A stretch of 64,000 nt of DNA from Gammaproteobacteria bacterium (GTDB lineage: Bacteria; Pseudomonadota; Gammaproteobacteria; Pseudomonadales; Azotimanducaceae). Where the stretch lies: assembly GCA_030123805.1 (NCBI GenBank), contig JASJXV010000002.1, forward strand, positions 682 to 64,681. The letters run 5' to 3'. The position numbers and the translations under genes are program-made. Of this stretch, positions 47,226 through 57,450 are shown one piece after another. A model generated the notes under the pieces. That model saw only the letters and a list, made by a program, of their open reading frames with translations, had not been told where the DNA came from and made no database searches. Position 1 is the first letter of the stretch. The number at the start of each line of letters is the position of its first letter.

Positions 47226-48737
47226 TTAACTCGCTGTATCGGTTTCAATAATCGACTCAATAGCGACTCTCTCCGCCGAGAAAGGATCTGCTTCGACACC
47301 ACACACGCGGTCAAAAATCATCGTTGACCTGGATTCACTGTTGTAAGTTGGCCAGTCACCGATGCCCTTATGGCTGGGATTACCCTTTCTGGCAAAATTA
47401 ATCCAGGCATCCATCATGTTCTCAGCCAGCGTCTCGGCGTCTGGTCCTGTTCCCGCAAATCGATCCTGGGTGGGTGCGTCGAGAGTGCCGAAGACAAAGG
47501 GTATTTCCAGTGCGTGACACGCCCCCAGCGCACCTTTTCGAGCGGGGGATTCCCAACAGAACAGATAGTGATAGGTCAGGGGCTGGTGACGGCTGTGATC
47601 TATGGCAAACCTGGCGCAGGGCGCACGCATTCGAAACACTGAAAATATGCCGTCGTAGATATCATGATTTTCAGTCGGAAGGTTATGTTTCCCTCGCCCA
47701 TTTCTGAACAGCTGAATTATATCTCCGGCTCTCTGTGCCTCGATATGCAGAAGGTCCTGCACGGCTGTGAGCAGTTGTTTGTCTTCCATGAGGGGGCGAT
47801 CGGGTACGGCATTGAAGAGTTTCCACTCGTCCCTGTTGGTACCTATCATCAGGGGGATATCCGATGAAAAACCTTCGTTGTTTGCCAGGGAAGGGGATTC
47901 GGGAAGGGATCTTTCATCCACTGCCGGGCTAAATGAGATCTCGGCGGGGTGTGCGAGTTTGATGGCGGTTTTGACAATGTCATCTACCGGCAAGGCGGTG
48001 ATAGCCGCATGATCGTCTGCGCTGACATTCAAGACTTCAAGCAGCTTGCGACCCAGTTTGCTGGCCGATTCAAATCCAGGCGCCCGGGCCGCACCACTTT
48101 GCATAACGGCTTTGTGGAAAAGCCCTTTGGCATCCGGCATCGCCAGTAATGTACCGACCGCGGCAGAACCGGCCGATTCGCCGAATATAGTGACATTGTC
48201 CGGGTCGCCGCCGAAGTATCGTATATACTCTTGCACCCACTTTAATGCCTGGATCTGATCCAGTTGTCCATTGTTCGCTGAAGCCCCCCAGGCATAGCTC
48301 TCTTTACCAAAGCAGGCATAGCCGAGTGCAGCCAATCGATAGTGAATGGTAACCACAACAACATCCCCGCGTTCTGCCAGATGACCGCCGTGATATAGAA
48401 GTTCGGAACCTGATCCGAGCGTAAATCCACCGCCGTGTATCCAGAACAGCACGGGACGATTGCCATTATCTGCTTTGGGGGTAAATACATTTAAGTATAG
48501 GCAATCTTCATCCCTTGGTCCTGATGCGGCCATACCGGGGATCAAGTGAGTCCCCTGGGGGCAGGAATTGCCGTAGTCAGTCGCGGGCCTGGTAGCCACC
48601 CAGGACTCAACCGGTCGGGGTGGACAGAATCTCAGATCACCAATAGGTGGTTTCGCAAAAGGTATGCCCAGCCATGCTTGATGGCAATTGTTTTGAATTC
48701 CTTCAAGCTCACCGAGTGGTATTGTTAGTTTCGTCAT
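47226..48737 (-). CDS. Type-B carboxylesterase/lipase
   Basis: EDCLYLNVF, HGGGF and the nucleophile elbow FGESAGS are present. Confidence 0.85.
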   Translation of the reverse strand: MTKLTIPLGELEGIQNNCHQAWLGIPFAKPPIGDLRFCPPRPVESWVATRPATDYGNSCPQGTHLIPGMAASGPRDEDCLYLNVFTPKADNGNRPVLFWIHGGGFTLGSGSELLYHGGHLAERGDVVVVTIHYRLAALGYACFGKESYAWGASANNGQLDQIQALKWVQEYIRYFGGDPDNVTIFGESAGSAAVGTLLAMPDAKGLFHKAVMQSGAARAPGFESASKLGRKLLEVLNVSADDHAAITALPVDDIVKTAIKLAHPAEISFSPAVDERSLPESPSLANNEGFSSDIPLMIGTNRDEWKLFNAVPDRPLMEDKQLLTAVQDLLHIEAQRAGDIIQLFRNGRGKHNLPTENHDIYDGIFSVFRMRAPCARFAIDHSRHQPLTYHYLFCWESPARKGALGACHALEIPFVFGTLDAPTQDRFAGTGPDAETLAENMMDAWINFARKGNPSHKGIGDWPTYNSESRSTMIFDRVCGVEADPFSAERVAIESIIETDTAS

Positions 48738-48748
48738 TCCAGTTCCCT

Positions 48749-49261
48749 TTAATCAAGGATCTTCGCCATAATAAAATCATCCATGACAAATCCGCCACCT
48801 ATATCGACAACCACAGACTCTTCCCGATAGTAATGGTTTCGTTCATAAGCTTTGATTGCCTTACTGTTGTTTTTGTTTACCTGCAGAATGATCTTATGAT
48901 ATCCCCTGGCTTTCACATTGCTTTCACAGTGTGTCAGAAGTTTGTAACCATATCCTTTGCCATGGACCGATTGATCAACGTACAACTTGTGCAGCTTGAT
49001 TTCATCCGATCTTGATGTTGGACCGTAGGCGGAAAACCCGGTCAATTTTCCTTCGACTAATAATTTATCCATACCGATACCTTGTTTCAGATCCTGTTGC
49101 AACCTTTCAATGGCATAATCCTGGGCGAGCATATAGTCGATCTGTTCCTGAGTAATGATCCCTGGATAGTGGGCGTTCCATATGCGTGTAGCCAGCTCTT
49201 CAATTGCTGCCAGATCATCGCAGGTAGCCGAGAGAATTTCAGAGGTTTTGACTGCTTCCAT
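48749..49261 (-). CDS. GNAT-family N-acetyltransferase
   Basis: LYVDQSVHGKGYGYKLL fits the acetyl-CoA site. The start is taken at the internal Met (49261), and the longer form to 49330 is possible. Confidence 0.7.
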   Translation of the reverse strand: MEAVKTSEILSATCDDLAAIEELATRIWNAHYPGIITQEQIDYMLAQDYAIERLQQDLKQGIGMDKLLVEGKLTGFSAYGPTSRSDEIKLHKLYVDQSVHGKGYGYKLLTHCESNVKARGYHKIILQVNKNNSKAIKAYERNHYYREESVVVDIGGGFVMDDFIMAKILD

Positions 49262-49456
49262 AGATGCGATAGTAATGGTAAAAGAAGCGATTAGAACATA
49301 AGTTAAAAATGTTTTCCGGTCGGTCCCCATTAACCATGTGCATACACAGCGAATCTCGGATTTCGATAGTTCCTTTTATTGGTTGTTCAGGTGATATCAT
49401 TAGTCTTTGTAGACACATTGATCGATGCAATTGATAACAGGACTATGGCATAGCCG

Positions 49457-50056
49457 ATGCGGTTGAATTCGTGGAGTAATGGAACACTAAAGGGCAGAAC
49501 ATTGGGTAGACTCTTAATATTGCGTCATGGCGAAACTGACTATAATCGTCAGGGAAGATATCAGGGATCGACTGATACGGAATTAAATGAGGAGGGTTTG
49601 ATTCAGGCCCGGCAGGCAGCAGTGGATTTGAAGCAGACACCGATTGATCGAATCATATCCTCGCCTCTGAAGCGAGCATTGGATACGGCTCGGATCATAG
49701 CTGAAGCCGCGGAAGTTGAGGTAGAGACGATAGCTGAATTCGCCGAAAGAAATATGGGTGTATTTGAAGGTATGACCAGGGACGAAATAGTCGCGCGATA
49801 CCCGGAATACAATGGCTGGATGGTTACTCGGCAGATCTACGCGGCACCACCCCAGGGAGAGTCATTGCTGGACTTCAGTATCAGGCTCACGAAAGGCCTG
49901 GATATACTGAGGGGATACGACTGTCAGAAAAATATACTTCTGGTCTGCCATGGCGGAGTTGCCCGTTCCATTCACGGCATTCTGCGTCGGGTGAGTGATG
50001 AGCATCTGTTCAGCTATAATCTGCAAAACTGCGAAACTGATATTTATGAATGGTAA
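49457..50056 (+). CDS. Histidine phosphatase family protein (phosphoglycerate-mutase-like)
   Basis: LLILRHGETDYN provides the RHG motif, with a downstream CHGG. The exact start is uncertain. Confidence 0.75.
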   Translation: MRLNSWSNGTLKGRTLGRLLILRHGETDYNRQGRYQGSTDTELNEEGLIQARQAAVDLKQTPIDRIISSPLKRALDTARIIAEAAEVEVETIAEFAERNMGVFEGMTRDEIVARYPEYNGWMVTRQIYAAPPQGESLLDFSIRLTKGLDILRGYDCQKNILLVCHGGVARSIHGILRRVSDEHLFSYNLQNCETDIYEW

Positions 50057-50091
50057 AAGCCAATTTATCAAAGCGTCTCTGGAATACTGAT

Positions 50092-51246
50092 ATGCATAAA
50101 AAAGTGGAACTTGATGCAGCGGATAAGCAGTTATTTAGAGACAGTGTAAGGAAATTCCTGGATAGAGAGGTGGAGCCTTTTTACGAAGACTGGGAAAGCG
50201 CTGGGATCTGGCCGCGAGAGATATGGAACAACCTCGGTGAGAATGGCTTTCTGTGCGTTGACATGCCTTCGGAATATGGTGGTTATGACGCATCCTTTGA
50301 CCTTGGTTGTGTCGTGGTAGAGGAAATCTCCAGAGCCGGTTACGGTGCTCTGGCTTCAGCAGTTTCAGTACACTCCGATATTGCAGCGCCGTATCTTCTG
50401 CACATGGGTACAGAACAACAAAAGCAGACATGGTTACCCGGGATGGCTACCGGTAAAGCGGTTGCAGCCATAGGCATGACCGAGCCTGCAGCCGGATCTG
50501 ATTTGCAGGGGATTCTTATGACTGCGCAGCGTGATGGCGATGATTATATTTTGAATGGACAGAAGACCTTTATCACCAATGGGCAGCATTGCGATGTGAT
50601 GATTCTGGTCGCAAAAACCGATCTGAAAGCGGGGGCAAAGGGAATGACTTTATTCACTCTGGATTGTTCTCTTGATGGTTTTAGCAGGGGAAGAAATCTT
50701 GAGAAAATGGGGCTTCATTCGGCAGACACGTCAGAATTGATACTCGAGGATGTCAGGGTATCTGCTGCTGATATTCTGGGGGGTGAGGGCAAGGGTTTCG
50801 CGAACCTGATGAATGAGCTGCCGCGCGAAAGATTAATCCTGGGAGTAGCCGGAGTGGCGGCAGCAGAAGGTATATTTGATTGGACTGTAGAGTATGTTCA
50901 GCAGCGAAAAGCCTTCGGCCAAACTTTATCCACTTTTCAGAACACCCGCTATAAACTCGCTGAGATGAAAACAGAAATAGCATTGTGTGCGGCATTGGCG
51001 GAAAAGTGCGTAGTCCAATACACTCGTGGTGAATTAACGACCGAAGCTGCGTCAATGCTCAAACTCGCGGCAACCGAAATGCAGGGCAGAGTTGCAGATC
51101 AATGTTTGCAGATGTTTGGCGGCTATGGCTACATGAAAGAGTACAAAATATCCCGTGCCTACGTTGATGCCCGAATCCAGAGAATTTATGGTGGTACTTC
51201 CGAAATCATGAAAGAGTTAATCGCCAGGAGCATTGTCGGCAGGTAG
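50092..51246 (+). CDS. Acyl-CoA dehydrogenase
   Basis: GMTEPAAGSD, FITNG and the C-terminal IYGGTSEIMKELIAR are present. Confidence 0.9.
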   Translation: MHKKVELDAADKQLFRDSVRKFLDREVEPFYEDWESAGIWPREIWNNLGENGFLCVDMPSEYGGYDASFDLGCVVVEEISRAGYGALASAVSVHSDIAAPYLLHMGTEQQKQTWLPGMATGKAVAAIGMTEPAAGSDLQGILMTAQRDGDDYILNGQKTFITNGQHCDVMILVAKTDLKAGAKGMTLFTLDCSLDGFSRGRNLEKMGLHSADTSELILEDVRVSAADILGGEGKGFANLMNELPRERLILGVAGVAAAEGIFDWTVEYVQQRKAFGQTLSTFQNTRYKLAEMKTEIALCAALAEKCVVQYTRGELTTEAASMLKLAATEMQGRVADQCLQMFGGYGYMKEYKISRAYVDARIQRIYGGTSEIMKELIARSIVGR

Positions 51247-51282
51247 TCAGGACTGTCAGTAAACATCCGGAGGAAATTAATC

Positions 51283-52824
51283 ATGGTCAATATCGGATCG
51301 ATTCTCGCCAGACGCGCATTTTTGAATCCGCAACGGGAAGCCTATGTTGATAGTCACACCGGCTTGAGATTGACTTTCCTCGAGCTGAATCAGGGCTCGA
51401 ATCGCATCGCTAATGGCCTGGTGCAGAGAGGGATCAAGCCGGGTGATCGCGTAGCGCTGATGTTGATGAATAGCAAGGAGTTTATGGAGTGTTATTTTGC
51501 AATTGCCAAAATTGGTGGGGTAATAGTACCGCTGAATTGGCGCCTGCTGGCTGATGAACTGGAGTTCATCCTGAAAGATAGCGGTTCGGAAACGCTCATT
51601 TTTGGAGAGGAGTTTGTGGCCACTGTTGCGGAACTTCACAGCCGTGGGGAAAAGACTGATCTGAAAAACTGGATAGAGGTATCCTTTAGCATAGCTGAAA
51701 GCCACTTTTCCGAGAGTTATATGGATATTCAGGAACAGCAGTCAGCAGCTGAACCCGAGATTGGCGCTGCGGATGATGACCTGCTTTATATAATGTATAC
51801 CTCGGGAACGACGGGATTGCCTAAAGGCGTTGTTCACACCCACACGACATCAATGTGGGCGTTGCTCACCATCAATATCACCAGTGATATGCGGGATGCA
51901 GACAGGTTTCTGGTTGCGCTTCCCATGTTTCATGTGGGCTCACTGACACCCCTGACTCTATGTGTGTACAGGGGCATAACCAGTGTCGTGATGCGAGAAT
52001 TTGACCCTGTCAGAGCCTGGGAGTTGATCAGCGAAGAGAAAATTGACGCTGGGCTACTGGTACCTGCCATGCTCAACTTTATGGCCCAGGTGCCGCAACT
52101 TGATCGGTTCGATTATTCATCTCTTCGGTGGATAATGTCGGGTGCCTCACCACTACCGGTGAATTTGATAAAACAATATCAGGAGATGGGAATACCGGTG
52201 CATCAGATCTATGGATTAACGGAAACATGTGGGCCCACGGCAGTCATTACAGAGGAAAATTTCCACCGCAAACTGGGTTCCACTGGCAATGCCTTTTTCC
52301 ATACCGATGTTCGAGTCGTAAAAGAAGATGGTTCCGATTGTGCGGCGGGTGAACAGGGTGAAGTTTGGATTAAAGGGCCGCACATCATGAAAGAGTATTG
52401 GAACCAACCGGACGCGACCAGTGAAACCCTGGTGGACGGCTGGCTTAAATCCGGAGATATTGGGGTGCTGGATGAGGAAGGATTTCTATACATTGAGGAT
52501 AGAATCAAGGACATGGTGATTTCCGGCGGCGAGAATGTTTACCCCGCAGAAGTGGAGAACATCCTGTTGGCCCATGAGGATATAGCTGAAGTGGCGGTGA
52601 TTGGGCAGCCCAGTGAAACATGGGGTGAGTCGCCTTTTGCCGTGGTGGTTAAGAAAAATGACACCTTAACTGAGGCAGATGTGCTCAACTACTGTAATGG
52701 CAAGATGGCTCGTTTCAAACAGCCCAAAGGCGTTGCATTTGTTGATGTGATTCCTCGCAATCCCAGTGGTAAAGTACTCAAACGAGTGTTACGTGACCAG
52801 TTTCCGGGACCGGCAGGGGTCTAG
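51283..52824 (+). CDS. AMP-dependent acyl-CoA ligase (fatty-acid-CoA ligase type)
   Basis: YTSGTTGLPKGV, YGLTET, GWLKSGD and the terminal PRNPSGKVLKR are present. Confidence 0.85.
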   Translation: MVNIGSILARRAFLNPQREAYVDSHTGLRLTFLELNQGSNRIANGLVQRGIKPGDRVALMLMNSKEFMECYFAIAKIGGVIVPLNWRLLADELEFILKDSGSETLIFGEEFVATVAELHSRGEKTDLKNWIEVSFSIAESHFSESYMDIQEQQSAAEPEIGAADDDLLYIMYTSGTTGLPKGVVHTHTTSMWALLTINITSDMRDADRFLVALPMFHVGSLTPLTLCVYRGITSVVMREFDPVRAWELISEEKIDAGLLVPAMLNFMAQVPQLDRFDYSSLRWIMSGASPLPVNLIKQYQEMGIPVHQIYGLTETCGPTAVITEENFHRKLGSTGNAFFHTDVRVVKEDGSDCAAGEQGEVWIKGPHIMKEYWNQPDATSETLVDGWLKSGDIGVLDEEGFLYIEDRIKDMVISGGENVYPAEVENILLAHEDIAEVAVIGQPSETWGESPFAVVVKKNDTLTEADVLNYCNGKMARFKQPKGVAFVDVIPRNPSGKVLKRVLRDQFPGPAGV

Positions 52825-52947
52825 GAGGCTGACCGAGATCCCCAGGTTCACCTTCGTCCAGTGCACCTGTTAACATAGAAGATGAATGAGGGCAATGACC
52901 ACTTCCGGAAAACAATCCGGTGCGGATCTCTGTGAACTCTCGAACCG

Positions 52948-53652
52948 CTAATTTGAAGCGGCTTGTACTTGCTGCTTCCCGGCCAGTTCTTTCTCAACCA
53001 GATAATCCACCACATCCAGAATTCGTGATCTGCCCACCTGTTGCGTGGTTTTCACTCGATACTTACCGTTGACGATAATGGTAGGTACAGATGCGACTCG
53101 ATACCGCCGTTGGATACTATCTGCTTCGGTCATCAGTTTTGTGACCTCGGGTGATTTCATGGTTTTGGTGAATTCTTCAGCAGTCGTACCCTTACCGTCA
53201 AAGTAGTTAGCCAACTTCGCAACGCTGTTAAAGTTGATGCGTTTGTCGTGAAAAGCATGAAACAAGCCCAGATGGTAATCTTCAGTTATACCCAGTACCT
53301 CGGTTGCATAGTAGCCTCGTGCGAGTATTCGCCAGGAATCGTTGGAAATGGCTGGAACTCGAATAAAAGTCGTCTTGTCCCGGTTATCTACAACCCAATC
53401 CGCGAGATCAGGTTCCAGGTTGTAACAATGCACACAAGCATAGGAGAAAACTTCCATTATCTCAATTTTGTCTCCTCGAAGGCGACGGGGATTTTCCAGT
53501 TCTTCATAGTGAACACCCGCTACATAATCACCCATGGGAATATCTGAAACCACGAGTGTTGAGAAATATATTACTAACCCGGCAATAATTGCAGCGCCAA
53601 TCCCGATGGCAATTTTTTGGTGTGTGAGAGATTTGTTCCTGGACTTTGTCAT
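52948..53652 (-). CDS. DsbA-family thiol:disulfide oxidoreductase, membrane-anchored
   Basis: There is an N-terminal TM segment. The active site is FSYACVHCYNLE (CxxC). Confidence 0.8.
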   Translation of the reverse strand: MTKSRNKSLTHQKIAIGIGAAIIAGLVIYFSTLVVSDIPMGDYVAGVHYEELENPRRLRGDKIEIMEVFSYACVHCYNLEPDLADWVVDNRDKTTFIRVPAISNDSWRILARGYYATEVLGITEDYHLGLFHAFHDKRINFNSVAKLANYFDGKGTTAEEFTKTMKSPEVTKLMTEADSIQRRYRVASVPTIIVNGKYRVKTTQQVGRSRILDVVDYLVEKELAGKQQVQAASN

Positions 53653-53754
53653 CGAATCGTCATCCGTCTCCTATGATGTTTTATTATGCACCATACGGAC
53701 AGAACTAGCTAAATGGATAGCAGTATTCAAAAAACAATCAATCAGGAGTGTATT

Positions 53755-54657
53755 ATGAGTCAAATGCCTGCATTAAGTCTGGCAGCCGTACCGGGTCGTC
53801 GTAAGGCTACCCTCGAATTGGCAAAAGATATTGAAAGACGTGGTTTTACAGGCATATTCTGCCCCAGTCTGGGTGATGGATTGGCGTTATGCGAGGCGCT
53901 TGCGTTGGTAACCGACAAAATCGTCTTCGGTACCAGTATTGCACCAATTTACTATCGACAAGTAGTGGACTTTGCTCAAACCGCCTCATTTATACATGAA
54001 GTGTCTGGTGGCCGGTTTCGGTTTGGTATTGGTGTCAGTCATGAACCCGCTTTGAATTCTCGGGGAATCTCGGCCGGTAAGCCGTTGACGGATACCCGCA
54101 ATTTTGTGGCTGAGCTAAGGGCTGTGCCACGGGCAGGGGAATTACCCCCAATAGTTCTCGCCACGCTTCGGAAAAAGATGATTGCCCTGTCCGAAGAAAT
54201 TGGTGATGGCATGGTTTTCGCCAATGGTGTGCGATCCCATATGCAAGAATCTCTGCGTGTACTAAGCGATGCTAAACGGGCAACGTTTTTTATAGGCAAC
54301 ATGATCCCCACCTGTATTGATGAAGATGTTGAGGCAGCAAAAGCGGTAAATCGCCGTACCCTCACCAGCTATGCCATGTTGCCAAATTACAGAAACTACT
54401 GGAAAGAAGCCGGGTACCTGGAAGAGATGGAGGCTATTGAACAGGCAATCGAAGACGGTAACAGGGAAAAGGTTGCTTCTTTTCTGACCGACAGGTGGCT
54501 CGCCGATACGACCTTGTTTGGTACACCCGCAATGGTCAGGGAAGGGCTGGAAGCCTGGTATGATGCAGGAGTTTCGACACCGATCCTGGTACCATCATCT
54601 GCCAACGGCGGCCAGATGAAGGCATTTGAAGAGTTGTTTGGGATTTTTAACAATTAG
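53755..54657 (+). CDS. Luciferase-like (LLM class) flavin- or F420-dependent oxidoreductase
   Basis: ATG at 53755 follows AGGAG. GRFRFGIGVSHEP and the overall TIM-barrel LLM pattern are present. The cofactor cannot be decided by eye. Confidence 0.7.
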   Translation: MSQMPALSLAAVPGRRKATLELAKDIERRGFTGIFCPSLGDGLALCEALALVTDKIVFGTSIAPIYYRQVVDFAQTASFIHEVSGGRFRFGIGVSHEPALNSRGISAGKPLTDTRNFVAELRAVPRAGELPPIVLATLRKKMIALSEEIGDGMVFANGVRSHMQESLRVLSDAKRATFFIGNMIPTCIDEDVEAAKAVNRRTLTSYAMLPNYRNYWKEAGYLEEMEAIEQAIEDGNREKVASFLTDRWLADTTLFGTPAMVREGLEAWYDAGVSTPILVPSSANGGQMKAFEELFGIFNN

Positions 54658-54742
54658 TCGCTGCGTGACTAATCTCCTCTGGCTCTCGGCATTTTGTGTC
54701 GCAAAAGCCTGCCGCCGTCAATTAGTCACTGCGTGACTAATT
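54652..54742. repeat. Two copies of a 22-bp palindromic unit (AATTAGTCRCTGCGTGACTAAT), each abutting a convergent stop codon
   Basis: Copy 1 (54652-54673) contains the TAG stop of the LLM gene. Copy 2 (54720-54742) ends 2 nt before the stop of the minus-strand ligase gene. Each copy is an 8-bp stem with a 3-nt loop (TTAGTCAC TGC GTGACTAA). Confidence 0.6.
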
Positions 54743-54744
54743 GA

Positions 54745-56622
54745 CTAATAACCCGTTTTCTGGGCGAGTATAAGATTGTAGAATTCCCTGTCCAGGGGTG
54801 TGTAAACAGATTCGCCCGGTTTCATTGCTAATATCTCATCATCGGTTTGATCCAGATGATACGCCTGTTCACGCAGTTCACTTTTCAGGAGTTTCATGGT
54901 TGTGGTTGTGGGTTGTTCCCGTAGCAGGCGTAAAAATACGGGTCTCGCATAACTTGGCAGATTATCCGTCAGATGTTGGGACAGATCAGCCAAATCCAGA
55001 TCATCGCTGGTCGATAACCCCTGCCGGAGTATGAGTGCAGCCATACCCGCCCTGCCATTCGTACCGGGTATTTCAACGCCGTAAATATTGCTCATATGGA
55101 TATCGGGGTAAGTATTGAGTATCTCGCCTACCTCATTGGTGGATACGTTTTCACCTTTCCAGCGAAAGGTATCTCCAACGCGATCGACAAATTGGTAGTG
55201 TTTTAGTCCGAAACTGAAACCCACGTCAATCTGTTTTAACAGGTCGCCGGTATTGAAATACCTGTCTCCTTCGAGCAGCACATTCTCAGAGATCTTTTTA
55301 TTGGTAGCTGCCTCGCTGGTATAGCCTTCGAATTGCGTCTTCTCGGTTATTTCGATCAGAAGCAGGCCTGGTTCTCCGGGTTCCACTGGAATACACCTGC
55401 CATTTTCGTCGCGCACTACTTCATCATTTGCCACGTCATAGGTAGCCAGGACCATGGGAGCAACTCCCATCCCCACCGTGCAGTCTTTATTGAAGATGTT
55501 GACGAAGCCACTGTTACCCTCGCTGGCGCCATAAAATTCACCGATCCGCGGGATGTTGAAGCGCTTCTTGAAATCCATCCAGATATCGGGTCTCAGACCA
55601 TTGCCTACGGATTTTACGATGGGATTATCAGCATCGTTACTCTGTTCAGGTCGGCTCATGAGATAACGAATGAACTCGCCGATGTATACAAAACTGGTGC
55701 ACTCGTACTTTCGAATGTCATCCCAGAACGCAGTGACAGATAGTTTGCGTCGGATTACCATGGATGCGCCTGTGTGCACCGTTGATTGCCACCCCATGTT
55801 GAGTCCGGTTGCATGGTACAGCGGTAGACAATTGTAGAGTCTGTCTCTTCTCGTAAGGCGCTGGATAAAATCGGCCGATGCCTGGCCCATAGGCATAGAT
55901 CTTTTATGCGACACAATCGCTGCCTTGGGTAAACCGGTGGTGCCAGATGTGAATACATAGTAAGCCGTTTCAGCACATTGTACCTGTTCAGTTTCAGGTC
56001 GATTGAAACAATCTATTGAGGTGTCACAAGAATCAAGAACCAAAGCCCATGAGGGGCAGCCTGATGTTCCGGTATCCTGAACATAAAAATAATCATTGCC
56101 CTCGGCAAGAGAGAGTTCATCTATCACTGCGTCTAACGCCGCAACTTGTTCTTCCCCGAATATACATTTTTTGGATTCAATCAGGTTGATGCAATGGACT
56201 AAAGGAACTTTGGATAGGTTGGTATTGATAAGGCCGGCGATAGCGCCCAGTTTAACAATGCCGATCAGCGTTACCAGAAATTCAATGCGATTCTGCATGA
56301 CAAGGCTTATGCAGTCTCCCTTTTCAATGCCATTTTTTTTCAGGTATAAGGCGACTCTGTTTGATCTCTCATTGAGTTCCTTCCAGGTAACAAATTCATC
56401 TTCGCAGATTAACGCCAGATCATCCGGGAATGCAGCAGCATTATTTTGGACCATCAGACCCACAGACATTTTCGTATCGGGATCCAATGGCTTTAGGGTA
56501 GCTGCCTTTAATAAAGTCTTGATGTCGCCAAAAAAATCGGTAATCGAACCCATTTTGAACCTGACCTGCTGAAAATTATTACGCATGGATAAACTATAGG
56601 GATAAACTATATAGTGATCCAT
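54745..56622 (-). CDS. FATP-like very-long-chain acyl-CoA synthetase / AMP-binding enzyme
   Basis: FTSGTTGLPKAA, YGASEG and TGDL motifs are present. The start could be an internal Met (56586 or 56553). Confidence 0.8.
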   Translation of the reverse strand: MDHYIVYPYSLSMRNNFQQVRFKMGSITDFFGDIKTLLKAATLKPLDPDTKMSVGLMVQNNAAAFPDDLALICEDEFVTWKELNERSNRVALYLKKNGIEKGDCISLVMQNRIEFLVTLIGIVKLGAIAGLINTNLSKVPLVHCINLIESKKCIFGEEQVAALDAVIDELSLAEGNDYFYVQDTGTSGCPSWALVLDSCDTSIDCFNRPETEQVQCAETAYYVFTSGTTGLPKAAIVSHKRSMPMGQASADFIQRLTRRDRLYNCLPLYHATGLNMGWQSTVHTGASMVIRRKLSVTAFWDDIRKYECTSFVYIGEFIRYLMSRPEQSNDADNPIVKSVGNGLRPDIWMDFKKRFNIPRIGEFYGASEGNSGFVNIFNKDCTVGMGVAPMVLATYDVANDEVVRDENGRCIPVEPGEPGLLLIEITEKTQFEGYTSEAATNKKISENVLLEGDRYFNTGDLLKQIDVGFSFGLKHYQFVDRVGDTFRWKGENVSTNEVGEILNTYPDIHMSNIYGVEIPGTNGRAGMAALILRQGLSTSDDLDLADLSQHLTDNLPSYARPVFLRLLREQPTTTTMKLLKSELREQAYHLDQTDDEILAMKPGESVYTPLDREFYNLILAQKTGY

Positions 56623-56730
56623 GTAAATATCAATGCTACGCCTTCCCGGTATAGGGGTGAGTCTTGCATCAATCAGATCATCGTCGAAAGCAGGTGGTAA
56701 TTCAGGAGCAAAGTCCGTTTAAATACCTGA

Positions 56731-57298
56731 TTGTGCGGTGATATCGTTATTCCCTATAACATATACATAGTAAATCAAGATCTGCACATATCGCGGTGTC
56801 CAGTGATTTCTGACGACGGGACAGAGTTACTCTGTGCAATTCACGCTTGCCCGAAACCTGTATTAGGAACGCTTGAAGGATTTGCTATTACCGGGGCGGG
56901 CGGCGCCGGCTGTTGCTAGTGACTTTTTGGTTGGAGGAAAGAAATCGTTCCTTCATGTGGCCGAAGCCGAAAGGGGAATGCCTGCACCAGTTAATATTGC
57001 CTGATTGCTGCTACGTTTCGGGTACTCTAAGGCAATGCAGCTTGCACAATTAGCTGAGCGATTTTATGGTAGTGATCTGGTTCAACAGAGAGTGGCAGTG
57101 GAATCAGTCCAGGATGATCGAGTGTTGAGCCGTGCAGGTGAGATTGCTGAAAGGTTGGCTGGGTTTGATCTGAACTCTCATATCAGAATTAAGAAATCTG
57201 TCAGAGTGGCAAGAGGAGTTGATGATTTCAGACAGCTTATTAAATCCGTTAGGGATGTGCCCTGCAATAGAAGGATTATTATAACACATGAATATTGA
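56731..57298 (+). pseudogene. Crotonase (enoyl-CoA hydratase) remnant, multiply frame-disrupted
   Basis: KPVLGTLEGFAITGAGGAGCC fits KPVIAAVNG.A.GGG and is followed by a stop. A second frame reads VAEAERGMPAPVNIA (the PE..G..P segment). A third piece is LLRFGYSKAMQLAQLAERFYGSDL...AGEIAERLA (57005-57298). Confidence 0.45.
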
Positions 57299-57450
57299 GG
57301 TATTTTTGTTAAGAATTTAGGAAAGATGTAAAACCACTGTAAATAAAGGGTTATTCTGCACTCGGTACAGGGTCAGATGTCGACAAAAACACATCAGGAA
57401 GGTTGTTTTCACTACAAAAACAAGGGTTAAACGGCTGTCGCCAATAATTT

